From NCBI GenBank assembly GCA_043228905.1, contig JBHGNT010000013.1, forward strand, positions 7,192,001 through 7,256,000: a DNA stretch of 64,000 nucleotides, read 5' to 3'. Below, in pieces: positions 47,807-59,521 of the stretch. Made by a program: the position numbers and the translations under genes. Position 1 is the first letter of the stretch, and the number at the start of each line of letters is the position of its first letter. This stretch comes from Azolla caroliniana (taxonomy: Eukaryota; Plantae; Polypodiophyta). The notes under the pieces were generated by a model. It did no database searches, was not told the origin of the DNA, and saw only the letters and a program-made list of their open reading frames with translations.

Positions 47807-50800
47807 TCACTTCGGCATGGGATGTCTTTCCAATCCGATCCTCTTCCAGCATGCTTCCAGCTTGTCGGGTGTGAGCACCTTGGTTAGCATATCCGACCCG
47901 TTCTCATCCGTGTGGATCTTTGTCAGCACGAACTCCTTGTCTTCTATCCTTTCCCGGATCCAGTGATATCTTCGCTGGATGTGCTTCGTCCGGGAGTGAT
48001 AGGCCGCGTTCTTCGCAAGCTGGATTGCACTCTGACTATCGCAGTAGAGTCGGTACTCCTCCTGCCGAATCCCGAGCTCTCTAATGAAGTCCTTCATCCA
48101 TATTACTTCCTTGCCGGCTTCAACAGCCGCCATGTACTCCGCCTCCGTGGTTGACAACACAACCGTCTTCTGCAGCCTCGACTGCCATGAAACAGCTCCC
48201 CCTGCATACGTCATCACATACCCTGATGTGGACCGGCTGGTATCTGCATCAGCCGACATATCCGAATCGGTGAAGCCGTCGAGTTCGGGCTTACCGGAGC
48301 CGAATCGGAGGCACACGTCTGCCGTGCCCTTCAGGTATCGGAGTATCCACTTGGCCGCGTTCCAATGCTCTTTGCCGGGATTGCTCATGTACCGACTCAC
48401 CACTCCGACTGCATATCCTATGTCCGGTCGGGTACACACCATCGCGTACATCAAGCTCCCGACGGCAGAGGCATATGGTACTTTCATCATGTCCTCCTTC
48501 TCAGCCTTTGTCTTGGGGCTTTGCTTGCTGGACAGCTTGCAGTTTGCCGGGAGGGTCGATCCGACCGGTCTTGCTTCCGACATGTTGAACCGGTGAAGCA
48601 CCTTCGTCACGTACTTCTCCTGTGACAGCCACAACTGCTTCTTCTTCCGGTCCCGGATGATGTGCATCCCTAGTATTTGCCTCGCCGGACCCAGGTCCTT
48701 CATTGAGAAGGTTCGGGGAAGAGCCTTCTTCAGCATCCGTATCTTGACCTAGTCTCGTCCGACGATCAACATGTCGTCCACATACAGGAGGAGTATTAGA
48801 AAGTCTCCTCCTTCGAACTTCTTCACAAACACGCAGTGGTCGGACTGCGTTTTGAGGTACCCTTCGTCGGTCATGAAGGAGTCGAACTTCCGGTACCATT
48901 GCCGGGGAGCCTGCTTCAGTCCGTAAAGGCTCTTCTTCAACCGGCACACCAGGTGCTCCTTCCCTTCCTTCTCGAATCCTTCCGGTTGCTGCATGTAGAT
49001 CTCTTCTTCGAGGTCACCGTGAAGGAATGCCGTCTTCACGTCCATCTAATCTACCTCGAGGTCCATGCTTGCCGCTATGCTCAGCACCGTCCGGATGGAG
49101 GTCATCTTCACTACCGGGGCAAATATCTCGTCGAAGTCGACGCCCTTCTTCTGCTGAAACCCCTTCACCACGATCCTGGCTTTGTATCTCGGGGGGTTTC
49201 CGGCATCTCCCGGCTTCAGCTTGAACACCCACTTGTTTCGAAGTGCCCGCTTACCTTTCGGCAACTCCACAAGTTCATATGTGTGGTTCTCATGCAGGGA
49301 ATCCATCTCGTCCTGCATGGCACTCAACCACCTGCGGCTCTGGGTGTCATGCTTTGCTTCTTCAAAGCTCTCCGGCTCCCCCTCGTCGGTTAGCAGCATG
49401 TGCTCTGGTTCCGGAAATCTCCGGGGGGCCCTTCTCTCTCTTAGAGGATATCTCCGTTCCGGAGCTTCGGTAACCGGTTCTTCCGATTCTTCTTCATCCG
49501 AATCCATTTCGGGATCGGGGCCGGTTCCGGTATCAGTTTCATCTTCCTCGGCCGGTTCTGTTTCTTCATCGTCTTCGGCCGGATCCTCGAGTGATAACCG
49601 GTCCCTTGCTGGTCGGGACTGCCCCTCGTAGAGTTGATCCTCACCGGTCGACTTGGAGCTCTTCATCTTCTTCTCCGACTCCCAGTCGGCGAGTGTCTTG
49701 TTCTCCATGAAGATGATATCACGACTCCGGAATATCTTCTTGTCGACCGGGTCCCATACTCGGTAGCCGAACTCGTCATCGCCGTAACCGAGGAATATGC
49801 ATGGCCGGGTCTTTGGATCTAGCTTTCCTCTCCGGTCCTTTGCCACATGCACGTATGCGAGACACCCAAACACCTTCAGATGCCGGTAGGATACTTCCCT
49901 ACCGGTCCACACTCTCTGCGGCGTGTCTCCGTCCAAAGGTACTGAGGGTGATCTGTTTATCACGTATGTCGCCGTCGACATCGCCTCAGCCCAAAACCCC
50001 TTGGGTAATTCCGCATGCGCCAGCATACTCCGGACCCTCTCCATTATGGTCCGGTTCATCCTCTCGGCCAACCCGTTCAGTTCCGGCGTTTTCGGCACAG
50101 TAAACTCGAGCCGGATTCCCTTCGAGCGACAGTACTCCGCGAACTGCCCCCGGTATTCCCCTCCGTTATCCGCTCGTATCGCTTTCAGCTTCTTGCCGGA
50201 TTCCCTTTCCACTCTCGCGTGGAGTTCTTTGAAGACGCACAACACTTGGTCCTTTGTCTTCAGCGGTGCCGTCCACAGCTTCCGGCTGTGATCATCAATG
50301 AATGTTACGAAGTACTGGGCTCCGCCATGTGACTTCGTTTCTACCTGACACACATCAGTGTGCACCAACTCCAATGGTGCGCTACGTCTTGTCGGTGGCC
50401 TTGAGTGGAAGGAGGTTCGGTTCTGCTTACCGGCCAGGCAATCGGTGCACTTCTCCAGGTGCACATGCTTCACTGGAATATGGTTGTCTTCTGCAAGCCT
50501 CTTCATCCCCTTCTCACTCATGTGGCACAGTCTTTTGTGCCACAGCTCACCGGCAGTGTCGGCTGCCACATTCAGCTCTTCCGGACATAACCGGGCATTC
50601 ATCAAGTACAGTGTGTTGTTTTTCCGGGCCCGAGCCACTATCAGGCTCCCCTTGCTGAACTTCATTACGCCGTTCCGGATGCTACCTGTGTAGCCTTCAT
50701 CGTCTAGCCTCCCGGCCGAAATCAGGTTCAATCGAACCTCCGGAACGTGTCGGACATCCTTCAGCAGCATTTTGCATCCGGTCGGGGTTGTCAACCACAC

Positions 50801-51189
50801 GTCTCCTATGACGGCAATCCGGTACGTACCTTCATTTCCCATCCGAACACAGCCATGCTCACCGGCTGTGTAGGATGAGAAGTATCTTCTCTCCGGGGTC
50901 AGGTGGAACGATGCTCCGGAATCGACCACCCAGGTCGTCTCATCGCCGGCAATGTTTAGTTCACCTTCTTCGGTGATGAGCATGATTTCTTCCTCACTTG
51001 CCGCGAGTGCCGTCGTTCCTTTCCGGTCCTGCCCTCGCTGATCCGAACCTCTCCGGTCCGTGGCTCCCCGGTATGCACCGTTTCTCTCCGGTGACTTCTT
51101 CGAATCGGTGTCGTCGGCTCCGTTGTCTTTTCGGTAATGCCGACAATTCTTTTGGAAGTGCCCCGGCTTCCCACAGTGGAAGCATGTGG
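47807..51189 (-). pseudogene. pol: Subfamily A gag-pol 3' part (Zn knuckle-AP-INT-RT-RH); stops at 49046 and 48749
   Basis: ORFs 49046-51235, 48749-49045, 47807-48736; WVVDSGASFH, LLLYVDDML, TDSD. Confidence 0.95.
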
Positions 51190-51687
51190 TGTTGAGAATC
51201 GCCGTTTCGATTCTCCTTCGTCTCTTCGGCCACAACCGAGTAGTCGCGAATCAATGCAGCAGAAAAAATAGGAAACCACAGAGAAAGACACGATACACAG
51301 GGATTAACGTGGAAAACCCTAAACGCGAAAAAACCACGGGAGTCCTCAAACTCCAACTATCACTATACGCAGAGATGTACAATGGTGAAGCTACAAGGCA
51401 ACAACCTTGAGCTCACTATCTTCGCCACAGGCGGCGGTAATACACAGAGGCGTCGACCTCTTCCTTTCTCTCTCTCTCTCTCTCTCGCGGCTGCTCTCAC
51501 TTCGCTCCCTCAAAAAAAAAGGAAAAACAGAAACTGAGCAACAACAGCAGCATAAACAGTTTGCCCTAAGTCATATTTATACACATATGACTTTCGGGCT
51601 ATTTACAAATATAGCCTCAAGGGCCCTTGGCAAACATATTCACAAATATGTCCCCGCATCCGGATCTCTCTCTCCGGGTACATTCGT

Positions 51688-51830
51688 CATCCGGCTCCGT
51701 AGCCGGGATCTTCATCATCCGGCTCCGTAGCCGGGTCTTCATCATCCGGCTCCGTAGCCGGGTCTTCGTCATCCGGCTCCGTAGCCGGGGTCTCCTCATC
51801 CGGCTTCATGCCGGGTACTCTTCATCGTCC
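51688..51830. repeat. 27-bp tandem hairpin units (ccggctccgtagccgg) in U3 of LTR-B; repeated in all three LTR-B copies
   Basis: catccggctccgtagccggg(a/-)tcttc x4 plus degenerate copies. Confidence 0.9.
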
Positions 51831-51915
51831 GGTTCCGTAACCGCAACCGGGCTTGCCGTCATCCATCTCCGGACATCCCATCCGGAGGGACCGTAAATCC
51901 CAACAAACTCCCCCT

Positions 51916-54900
51916 TCACTTCGGCATGGGATGTCTTTCCAGTCCGACCCTCTTCCGGCACGCTTCTAGCTTGTCGGGTGTGAGCACTTTGGTCAGCATA
52001 TCTGACCCGTTCTCGTCCGTGTGGATCTTCGTCAACACGAACTCCTGGTCTTCTATCCTTTCCCGGATCCAGTGATATCTTCGCTGGATGTGCTTCGTCC
52101 GGGAGTGATAGGCTGCATTCTTCGCAAGGTGGATGGCACTCTGACTGTCGCAGTAGAGTCGGTACTCCTTCTGCCGGATACCGAGCTCTCTAATGAAGTC
52201 CTTCATCCATATTATTTCCTTGCCGGCTTCAACAGCCGCCATGTACTCCGCCTCCGTGGTTGACAACGCAACCGTCTTCTGCAGCCTCGACTGCCATGAA
52301 ACAGCTCCCCCTGCATACGTCATCACATACCCTGATGTGGACCGGCTGGTATCTGCATCAGCCGACATATCCGAATCGGTGAAACCGTCGAGTTCGGATT
52401 TACCGGAGCCGAATCGGAGGCACACGTTTGCTGTGCCCTTCAGGTATCAGAGTATCCATTTGACCGCGTTCCAATGCTCTTTGCCGGGATTACTCATGTA
52501 CCGGCTCACCACTCCGACTGCGTATCCTATGTCCGGTCTTGTACACACCATTGCGTACATCAAGCTTCCGACGGCAGAGGCATATGGTACTTTCATCATG
52601 TCCTCCTTCTCAGCCTTTGTCTCGGGGCTTTGCTTGCTGGACAACTTGCAGTTTGCCGGGAGGGTCGATCCGACCGGTCTTGCTTCCGACATGTTGAACC
52701 GGTGAAGCACCTTTGTCACGTACTTCTCCTGTGACAGCCACAACTGCTTCTTCTTCCGGTCCCGGATGATGTGCATCCCTAGTATTTGCCTCGCCGGACC
52801 CAGGTCCTTCATTGAGAAGGTTCGGTGAAGAGCCTTCTTCAGCATCCGTATCTTGACCTGGTCCCGTCCGACGATCAACATGTCGTCCACGTACAGGAGG
52901 AGTATTAGAGAGTCTCCCCCTTCGAACTTCTTCACAAACACGCAGTGATCGGACTGCGTTTTGTGGTACCCTTCGTCGGTCATGAAAGAGTCAAACTTCC
53001 GGTACCATTGCCGGGGAGCCTGCTTCAGTCCGTAAAGGCTCTTCTTCAACCGGCATACCAGGTGCTCCTTCCCTTTCTTCTCGAATCCTTCCGGTTGCTG
53101 CATGTAGATCTCTTCTTCGAGGTCACCGTGAAGGAATGCCGTCTTCACGTCCATCTGTTCTACCTCGAGGTCCATGCTTGCCGCTATGCTCAGCACCGTC
53201 TGGATGGAGGTCATCTTCACTACCGGGGCAAATATCTCGTCGAAGTCGACGCCCTTCTTCTGCTGAAACCCCTTCACCACGATCCTGGCTTTGTATCTCG
53301 GGGGGTTTCCGGTATCTCCCGGTTTCAGCTTGAACACCCACTTGTTACGGAGTGCCCGTTTTCCTTTCGGCAACTCCACAAGTTCATATGTGTGGTTCTC
53401 ATGCAGTGAATCCATCTCCTCCTGCATGGCACTTAACCACCTGCGGCTCTGGGTGTCGTGCTTTGCTTCTTCAAAGCTCTCCGGCTCCCCCTCGTCGGTT
53501 AGCAGCACGTGCTCTGGTTCCGGAAATCTCCGGGGGGCCCTTCTCTCCCTTAGAGGATATCTCCGTTCCGGAGCTTCGGTAACCGGCTCCTCCGTTTCCT
53601 CTTCATCCGAATCCATTTCGGGATCGGGGCCGGTTCCGGTATCAGTTTCATCTTCCTCGGCCGGTTCTGTTTCTTCACCGTCTTCGGCCGGATCCTCGAG
53701 TGCTAGCCGGTCCCTTGCCGGTCGGGACTGCTCCTCATAGAGTTGATCCTCACCGGTCGACTTGGAGCTCTTCATCTTCTTCTCCGACTCCCAGTCGGCG
53801 AGTGTCTTGTCCTCCATGAAGATGATGTCTCGACTCCTGAATATCTTCTTGTCGACCGGGTCCCATACTCGGTAGCCGAACTCGTCGTCGCCGTAACCGA
53901 GGAATATGCATGGCCGGGTCTTTGGATCTAGCTTTCCTTTCCGGTCCTTTGCCACATGCACATATGCGAGACACCCGAACACCTTCAGATGCCGGTAGGA
54001 CACTTCCTTACCGGTCCACACTTTCTGCGGCGTGTCTCCGTCCAAAGGTACTGAGGGTGATCGGTTCATCACATATGTCGCTGTCGACATTGCCTCAGCC
54101 CAAAACCCCTTGGGTAATTTCGCATGCGCCAGCATACTCCGGACCCTCTCCATTATGGTCCGGTTCATCCTCTCGGCCAGCCCGTTCAGTTCCGGCGTCT
54201 TCGGCACAGTGAACTCGAGCCGGATTCCCTTCGAGCGACAGTACTCCAGGAACTGCCCCCGGTATTCCCCTCCGTTATCCGCTCGTATCGCTTTCAGCTC
54301 CTTGCCGGATTCCCTTTCCACTCTCGCGTGGAGTTCTTTGAAGACGGACAATACTTGGTCCTTTGTCTTCAACGGTGCCGTCCACAGCTTCCGGCTGTGG
54401 TCATCAATGAATGTCACGAAGTACTGGGCTCCGCCATGTGACTTCGTTTCCACTTGACACACATCAGTGTGCACCAACTCCAATGGTGCACTACGTCTCG
54501 TCGGTGGCCTTGAGTGGAAGGAGGTCCGGTTTTGCTTACCGGCCAGGCAGTCGGTGCACTTCTCCAGGTGCACATGCTTCACTGGAATAAGGTTGTCTTC
54601 TGCAAGCCTCTTCATCCCCTTCTCACTCATGTGGCACAGTCTCTTGTGCCACAGCTCACCGGCAGTGTCGGCTGCCACGTTCAACTCTTCCGGACACAAC
54701 CGGGCATTCATAAGGTACAGTGTGTTGACTTTCCGGGCCCGAGCCACTATCAGGCTCCCCTTGCTGAACTTCATTACGCCGTTCCGGATGCTACCTGTGT
54801 AGCCTTCATCGTCTAGCCTTCCGGCCGAAATCAGATTCAGTCGAACCTCCGGAACGTGTCGGACATCCTTCAGCAGCATTTTGCATCCGGTTGATGTCAT

Positions 54901-55989
54901 CAGCCACACGTCTCCTATGCCGGCAATCCGGCACGTACCTTCATTTCCCATCCGGACACAGCCATGCTCACCGGCTGTGTAGGATGAGAAGTATCTTCTC
55001 TCCGGGGTCAGGTGGAACGATGCTCCGGAATCGACCACCCAGGTTGTCTCATCGCCGGCAACGTTTAGTTCACCTTCTTCGGTGATAAGCATGATCTCCT
55101 CTTCACTTGCCGCGAGTGCTGTCGTTCCTTTCCGGTCCTGCCCTCGCCGATCCGAACCTCTCCGGTCCGTGGCTCCCCGGTATGCACCGTTTCTCTCCGG
55201 TGACTTCTTCGAATCGGTGTCGACGGCTCCGTTGTCTTTTCGGTAATGCCGACAATTCTTTCGGAAGTGCCCCGGCTTCCCACAGTGGAAGCATGTGGGC
55301 CTTCCTCTTGACTGCGACCGGGTCCCCGACTTCTCCCGTCTTTGCGGACTCCGGTTCCATTGTCTTCCCCGTTCCGATTCGGTAAGCAGCGCCTTCGTGT
55401 CGGAGGCCGGTTCTTTATCTCTCCGACGCGCTTCTTCATTCAAAATACTTGTCTTTACCGTTTGTAGAGACAAGTTATCTTCGGTGCAGGAGGTGCTGAG
55501 AGTCACCACCAAGTTCTCCCAGCTTTCCGGCAATGTACACATCAGGATGATGGCTTGCATTCCATCCTCCAACGGGAACTTGATCGCCGCAAGCTGGTTC
55601 ACGAATCCCATGAACGTGCTTACGTGTTCGACCATGCTCTCGCCGTCCCGGTACTTAAGATTCACTATCTTCCTCATCAGGGAGGTCCGGTTCAACGCAT
55701 TCTTCCTCTCATACAGTCCGGACAGCTTCCGCCACATCTCATGGGCGTTCGTATCGTTCGCCACATGTTGCAGGACACTTACATCGACATATTGCCGGAT
55801 CGTCGCTACGGCTTTCCGGTTCAGAAGCTTCCATTCCGACTCAAGTACTCCCTTCGGTATTTCCGACCTGTCAATCGGTTCGTACAGGTCCCGAACAATT
55901 AGAAGATCTTCCATCTTGATCTTCCAGTCGGCGTAGTTCTGGGCATTCAGCACCATCATGCCCGGAGGCCCACTACCGCCGCCTTCCAT
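51916..55989 (-). CDS. gag-pol: Subfamily B gag-pol polyprotein, near-intact (single CGA>TGA stop at 52447-52449)
   Basis: MEGGGSGPPG... through ...ERHPMPK; ORFs 52447-56121 and 51916-52425 are in frame. Confidence 0.93.
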
Positions 55990-56735
55990 TTTCTGTGTTG
56001 CCGTCGCTCTGATACCACTTGTTGAGAATCGCCGTTTCGATTCTCCTTCGTCTCTTCGGCCACAACCGAGTAGTCGCGAATCAATGCAGCAGAAAAAATA
56101 GGAAACCACAGAGAAAGACACGATACACAGGGATTAACGTGGAAAACCCTAAACGGGAAAAAACCACGGGAGTCCTCAAACTCCAACTATCACTATACGC
56201 AGAGATGTACAATGGTGAAGCCACAAGGCAACAACCTTGAGCTCACTATCTTCGCCACAGGCGGCGGTAATACACAGAGGCGTCGACCTCTTCCTTTCTC
56301 TCTCTCTCTCTCTCTCGCGGCTGCTCTCACTTCGCTCCCTCAAAAAAAAAGGAAAAACAGAAAATGAGCAACAACAGCAGCATAAACAGTTTGCCCTAAG
56401 TCATATTTATACACATATGACTTTCGGGCTATTTACAAATATAGCCTCAAGGGCCCTTGGCAAACATATTCACAAATATGTCCCCGCATCCGGATCTCTC
56501 TCTCCGGGTACATTCGTCATCCGGCTCTGTAGCCGGGATCTTCATCATCCGGCTCCGTAGCCGGGTCTTCATCATCCGGCTCCGTAGCCGGGTCTTCGTC
56601 ATCCGGCTCCGTAGCCGGGGTCTCCTCATCCGGCTTCATGCCGGGTACTCTTCATCCTCCGGTTCCGTAACCGCAACCGGGCTTGCCGTCATCCATCTCC
56701 GGACATCCCATCCGGAGGGACCGTAAATCCCAACA

Positions 56736-57431
56736 TGTGGGCCTTCCTCTTGACTGCGACCGGGTCCCCGACTTCTCCCGTCTTTGCGGACTCCGGTTCC
56801 ATTGTCTTCCCCGATCCGATTCGGTAAGCAGCGCCTTCGAGTCGGAGGCCGGTTCTTTATCTCTCCGACGCGCTTCTTCGTTCAAAATACTTGTCTTTAC
56901 CGTTTGTAAGGACAAGTTATCTTCGGTGCAGGAGGTGCTGAGAGTCACCACCAAGTTCTCCCAGCTTTCCGGCAATGTACACATCAGGATGATGGCTTGC
57001 ATTCCATCCTCCAACGGGAACTTGATCGCCGCAAGCTGGTTCACGAATCCCATGAACGTGCTTACGTGTTCGACCATGCTCTCGCCGTCCCGGTACTTAA
57101 GATTCACTATCTTCCTCATCAGGGAGGTCCGGTTCAACGCATTCTTCCTCTCATACAGTCCGGACAGCTTCCGCCACATCTCATGGGCGTTCGTATCGTT
57201 CGCCACATGTTGCAGGACACTTACATCGACATATTGCCGGATCGTCGCTACGGCTTTCCGGTTCAGAAGCTTCCATTCCGACTCAAGTACTCCCTTCGGT
57301 ATTTCCGACCTGTCAATCGGTTCGTACAGGTCCCGAACAATTAGAAGATCTTCCATCTTGATCTTCCAGTCGGCGTAGTTCTGGGCATTCAGCACCATCA
57401 TGCCCGGAGGCCCACTACCGCCGCCTTCCAT
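56736..57431 (-). pseudogene. gag: Chimeric B/A gag fragment (duplicated unit)
   Basis: N-part is B-type (GPPG, NAHEM); C-part is A-type (SDSKALLTESDRG). Confidence 0.9.
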
Positions 57432-58177
57432 TTTCTGTGTTGCCGTCGCTCTGATACCACTTGTTGAGAATCGCCGTTTCGATTCTCCTTCGTCTCTTCG
57501 GCCACAACCGAGTAGTCGCGAATCAATGCAGCAGAAAAAATAGGAAACCACAGAGAAAGACACGATACACAGGGATTAACGTGGAAAACCCTAAACGGGA
57601 AAAAACCACGGGAGTCCTCAAACTCCAACTATCACTATACGCAGAGATGTACAATGGTGAAGCCACAAGGCAACAACCTTGAGCTCACTATCTTCGCCAC
57701 AGGCGGCGGTAATACACAGAGGCGTCGACCTCTTCCTTTCTCTCTCTCTCTCTCTCTCGCGGCTGCTCTCACTTCGCTCCCTCAAAAAAAAAGGAAAAAC
57801 AGAAAATGAGCAACAACAGCAGCATAAACAGTTTGCCCTAAGTCATATTTATACACATATGACTTTCGGGCTATTTACAAATATAGCCTCAAGGGCCCTT
57901 GGCAAACATATTCACAAATATGTCCCCGCATCCGGATCTCTCTCTCCGGGTACATTCGTCATCCGGCTCCGTAGCCGGGATCCTCATCATCCGGCTCCGT
58001 AGCCGGGTCTTCATCATCCGGCTCCGTAGCCGGGTCTTCGTCATCCGGCTCCGTAGCCGGGGTCTCCTCATCCGGCTTCATGCCGGGTACTCTTCATCCT
58101 CCGGTTCCGTAACCGCAACCGGGCTTGCCGTCATCCATCTCCGGACATCCCATCCGGAGGGACCGTAAATCCCAACA

Positions 58178-58873
58178 TGTGGGCCTTCCTCTTGACTGCG
58201 ACCGGGTCCCCGACTTCTCCCGTCTTTGCGGACTCCGGTTCCATTGTCTTCCCCGATCCGATTCGGTAAGCAGCGCCTTCGAGTCGGAGGCCGGTTCTTT
58301 ATCTCTCCGACGCGCTTCTTCGTTCAAAATACTTGTCTTTACCGTTTGTAAGGACAAGTTATCTTCGGTGCAGGAGGTGCTGAGAGTCACCACCAAGTTC
58401 TCCCAGCTTTCCGGCAATGTACACATCAAGATGATGGCTTGCATTCCATCCTCCAACGGGAACTTGATCGCCGCAAGCTGATTCACGAATCCCATGAACG
58501 TGCTTACGTGTTCCACCATACTCTCGCCGTCCCGGTACTTGAGATTCACTATCTTCCTCATCAGGGAGGTCCGGTTCAACGCATTCTTCCTCTCATAGAG
58601 GCCCGACAGCTTCCGCCACATCTCATATGCGTTGGTGTCGTTCGCCACATGTTGTAGAACGCTCACGTCGACGTATTGCCGAATGGTTGCAACGGCTTTC
58701 CGGTTCAGAAGCCTCCATTCCGACTCAAGTACCCCCTTCGGTATTTCCGACCTGTCAATCGGTTCGTACAGGTCCCGAACAATCAGAAGATCCTCCATCT
58801 TGATCTTCCAGTCGGCGTAATTCTGCGCATTCAGCACCATCATCCCCGGCTGCCCGCTGCCGCCGCCTTCCAT
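58178..58873 (-). pseudogene. gag: Subfamily A gag 5' part, interrupted by B
   Basis: MEGGGSGQPG...RGRPT; continues at 51189. Confidence 0.93.
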
Positions 58874-58902
58874 TTTCTGCAGCAGTCGCTCTGATACCAG
58901 TT

Positions 58903-59511
58903 TGTTGAGAAATCGACGCTCCGATTAGCCTTCACCACTCGGCCACAACCGAGTAAGCGCGAATCAATGCAGCAGAAAATAGGAATCACAGAGAAAGACA
59001 CGAATACACAGAGATTAACGTGGAAAACCCTGCACGGGAAAAACCACGGGAGTGCAAGACTCCAAACCAACACTATACACAGAGAAGTATACAATGGCGA
59101 GCTGCAAGGCGACGACCTTGAGCTCGCTGTCCTCGCCACAGGCGGCGGAAATACACAGAGGCGTCGACCTCTTCCTCTCTCACGCTCTATCTCTCTCTCT
59201 CTCACGGCTGCTCTCTCTCTTCACTCCTCTTGAGTGGAAAAACAGAAAAATGAGTAGCGACAATAAACCTGTTTGCCCTAAGTCATATTTATACATATAT
59301 GACTTTGGGGCTATTTACAACTATAGCCTCAGGGGCCCTTAGCAAACATATTCACGGATATGTCCCTGCATCCGGATCTCTCTCCGGGTACATTCGTCAT
59401 CCGGCTCCGAAGCCGGGGTCTTCATCATCCGGTTCCGAAACCGAAACCGGGCTCGTCGGCATTCATCTCCGACATACGACCATCCCATCCGAAGGGACCG
59501 TAATCCCAACA
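58903..59511 (-). repeat. LTR-A (609 bp), shared
   Basis: About 2 substitutions versus 47188-47796. Confidence 0.95.
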
Positions 59512-59521
59512 AACTCCCCCT

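Larger units (their letters stand above)
51190..58177 (-). mobile_element. Subfamily B copia inserted in gag of A; TSD TGTGG; three LTR-B copies (51190-51905, 56020-56735, 57462-58177)
   Basis: TGTGG at 51185-51189 and 58178-58182 (also 56736-56740); 716-bp LTRs; iMet PBS; PPT. Confidence 0.95.

Noticed and set aside
51688-51830. 27-bp palindromic repeats as a CRISPR array
   Set aside because: No unique spacers and no cas genes; the repeats lie within LTR U3 in eukaryotic DNA.
55990-56121. N-terminal extension MSFSVVSYFF... of the B polyprotein
   Set aside because: It runs through U5 and the PBS and is absent in A; the conserved start is MEGGGSG.
56736-58182. Two independent site-specific insertions at the identical TGTGG site
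   Set aside because: Only one left TSD exists and the intervening gag is a B/A chimera; unequal crossover is simpler.
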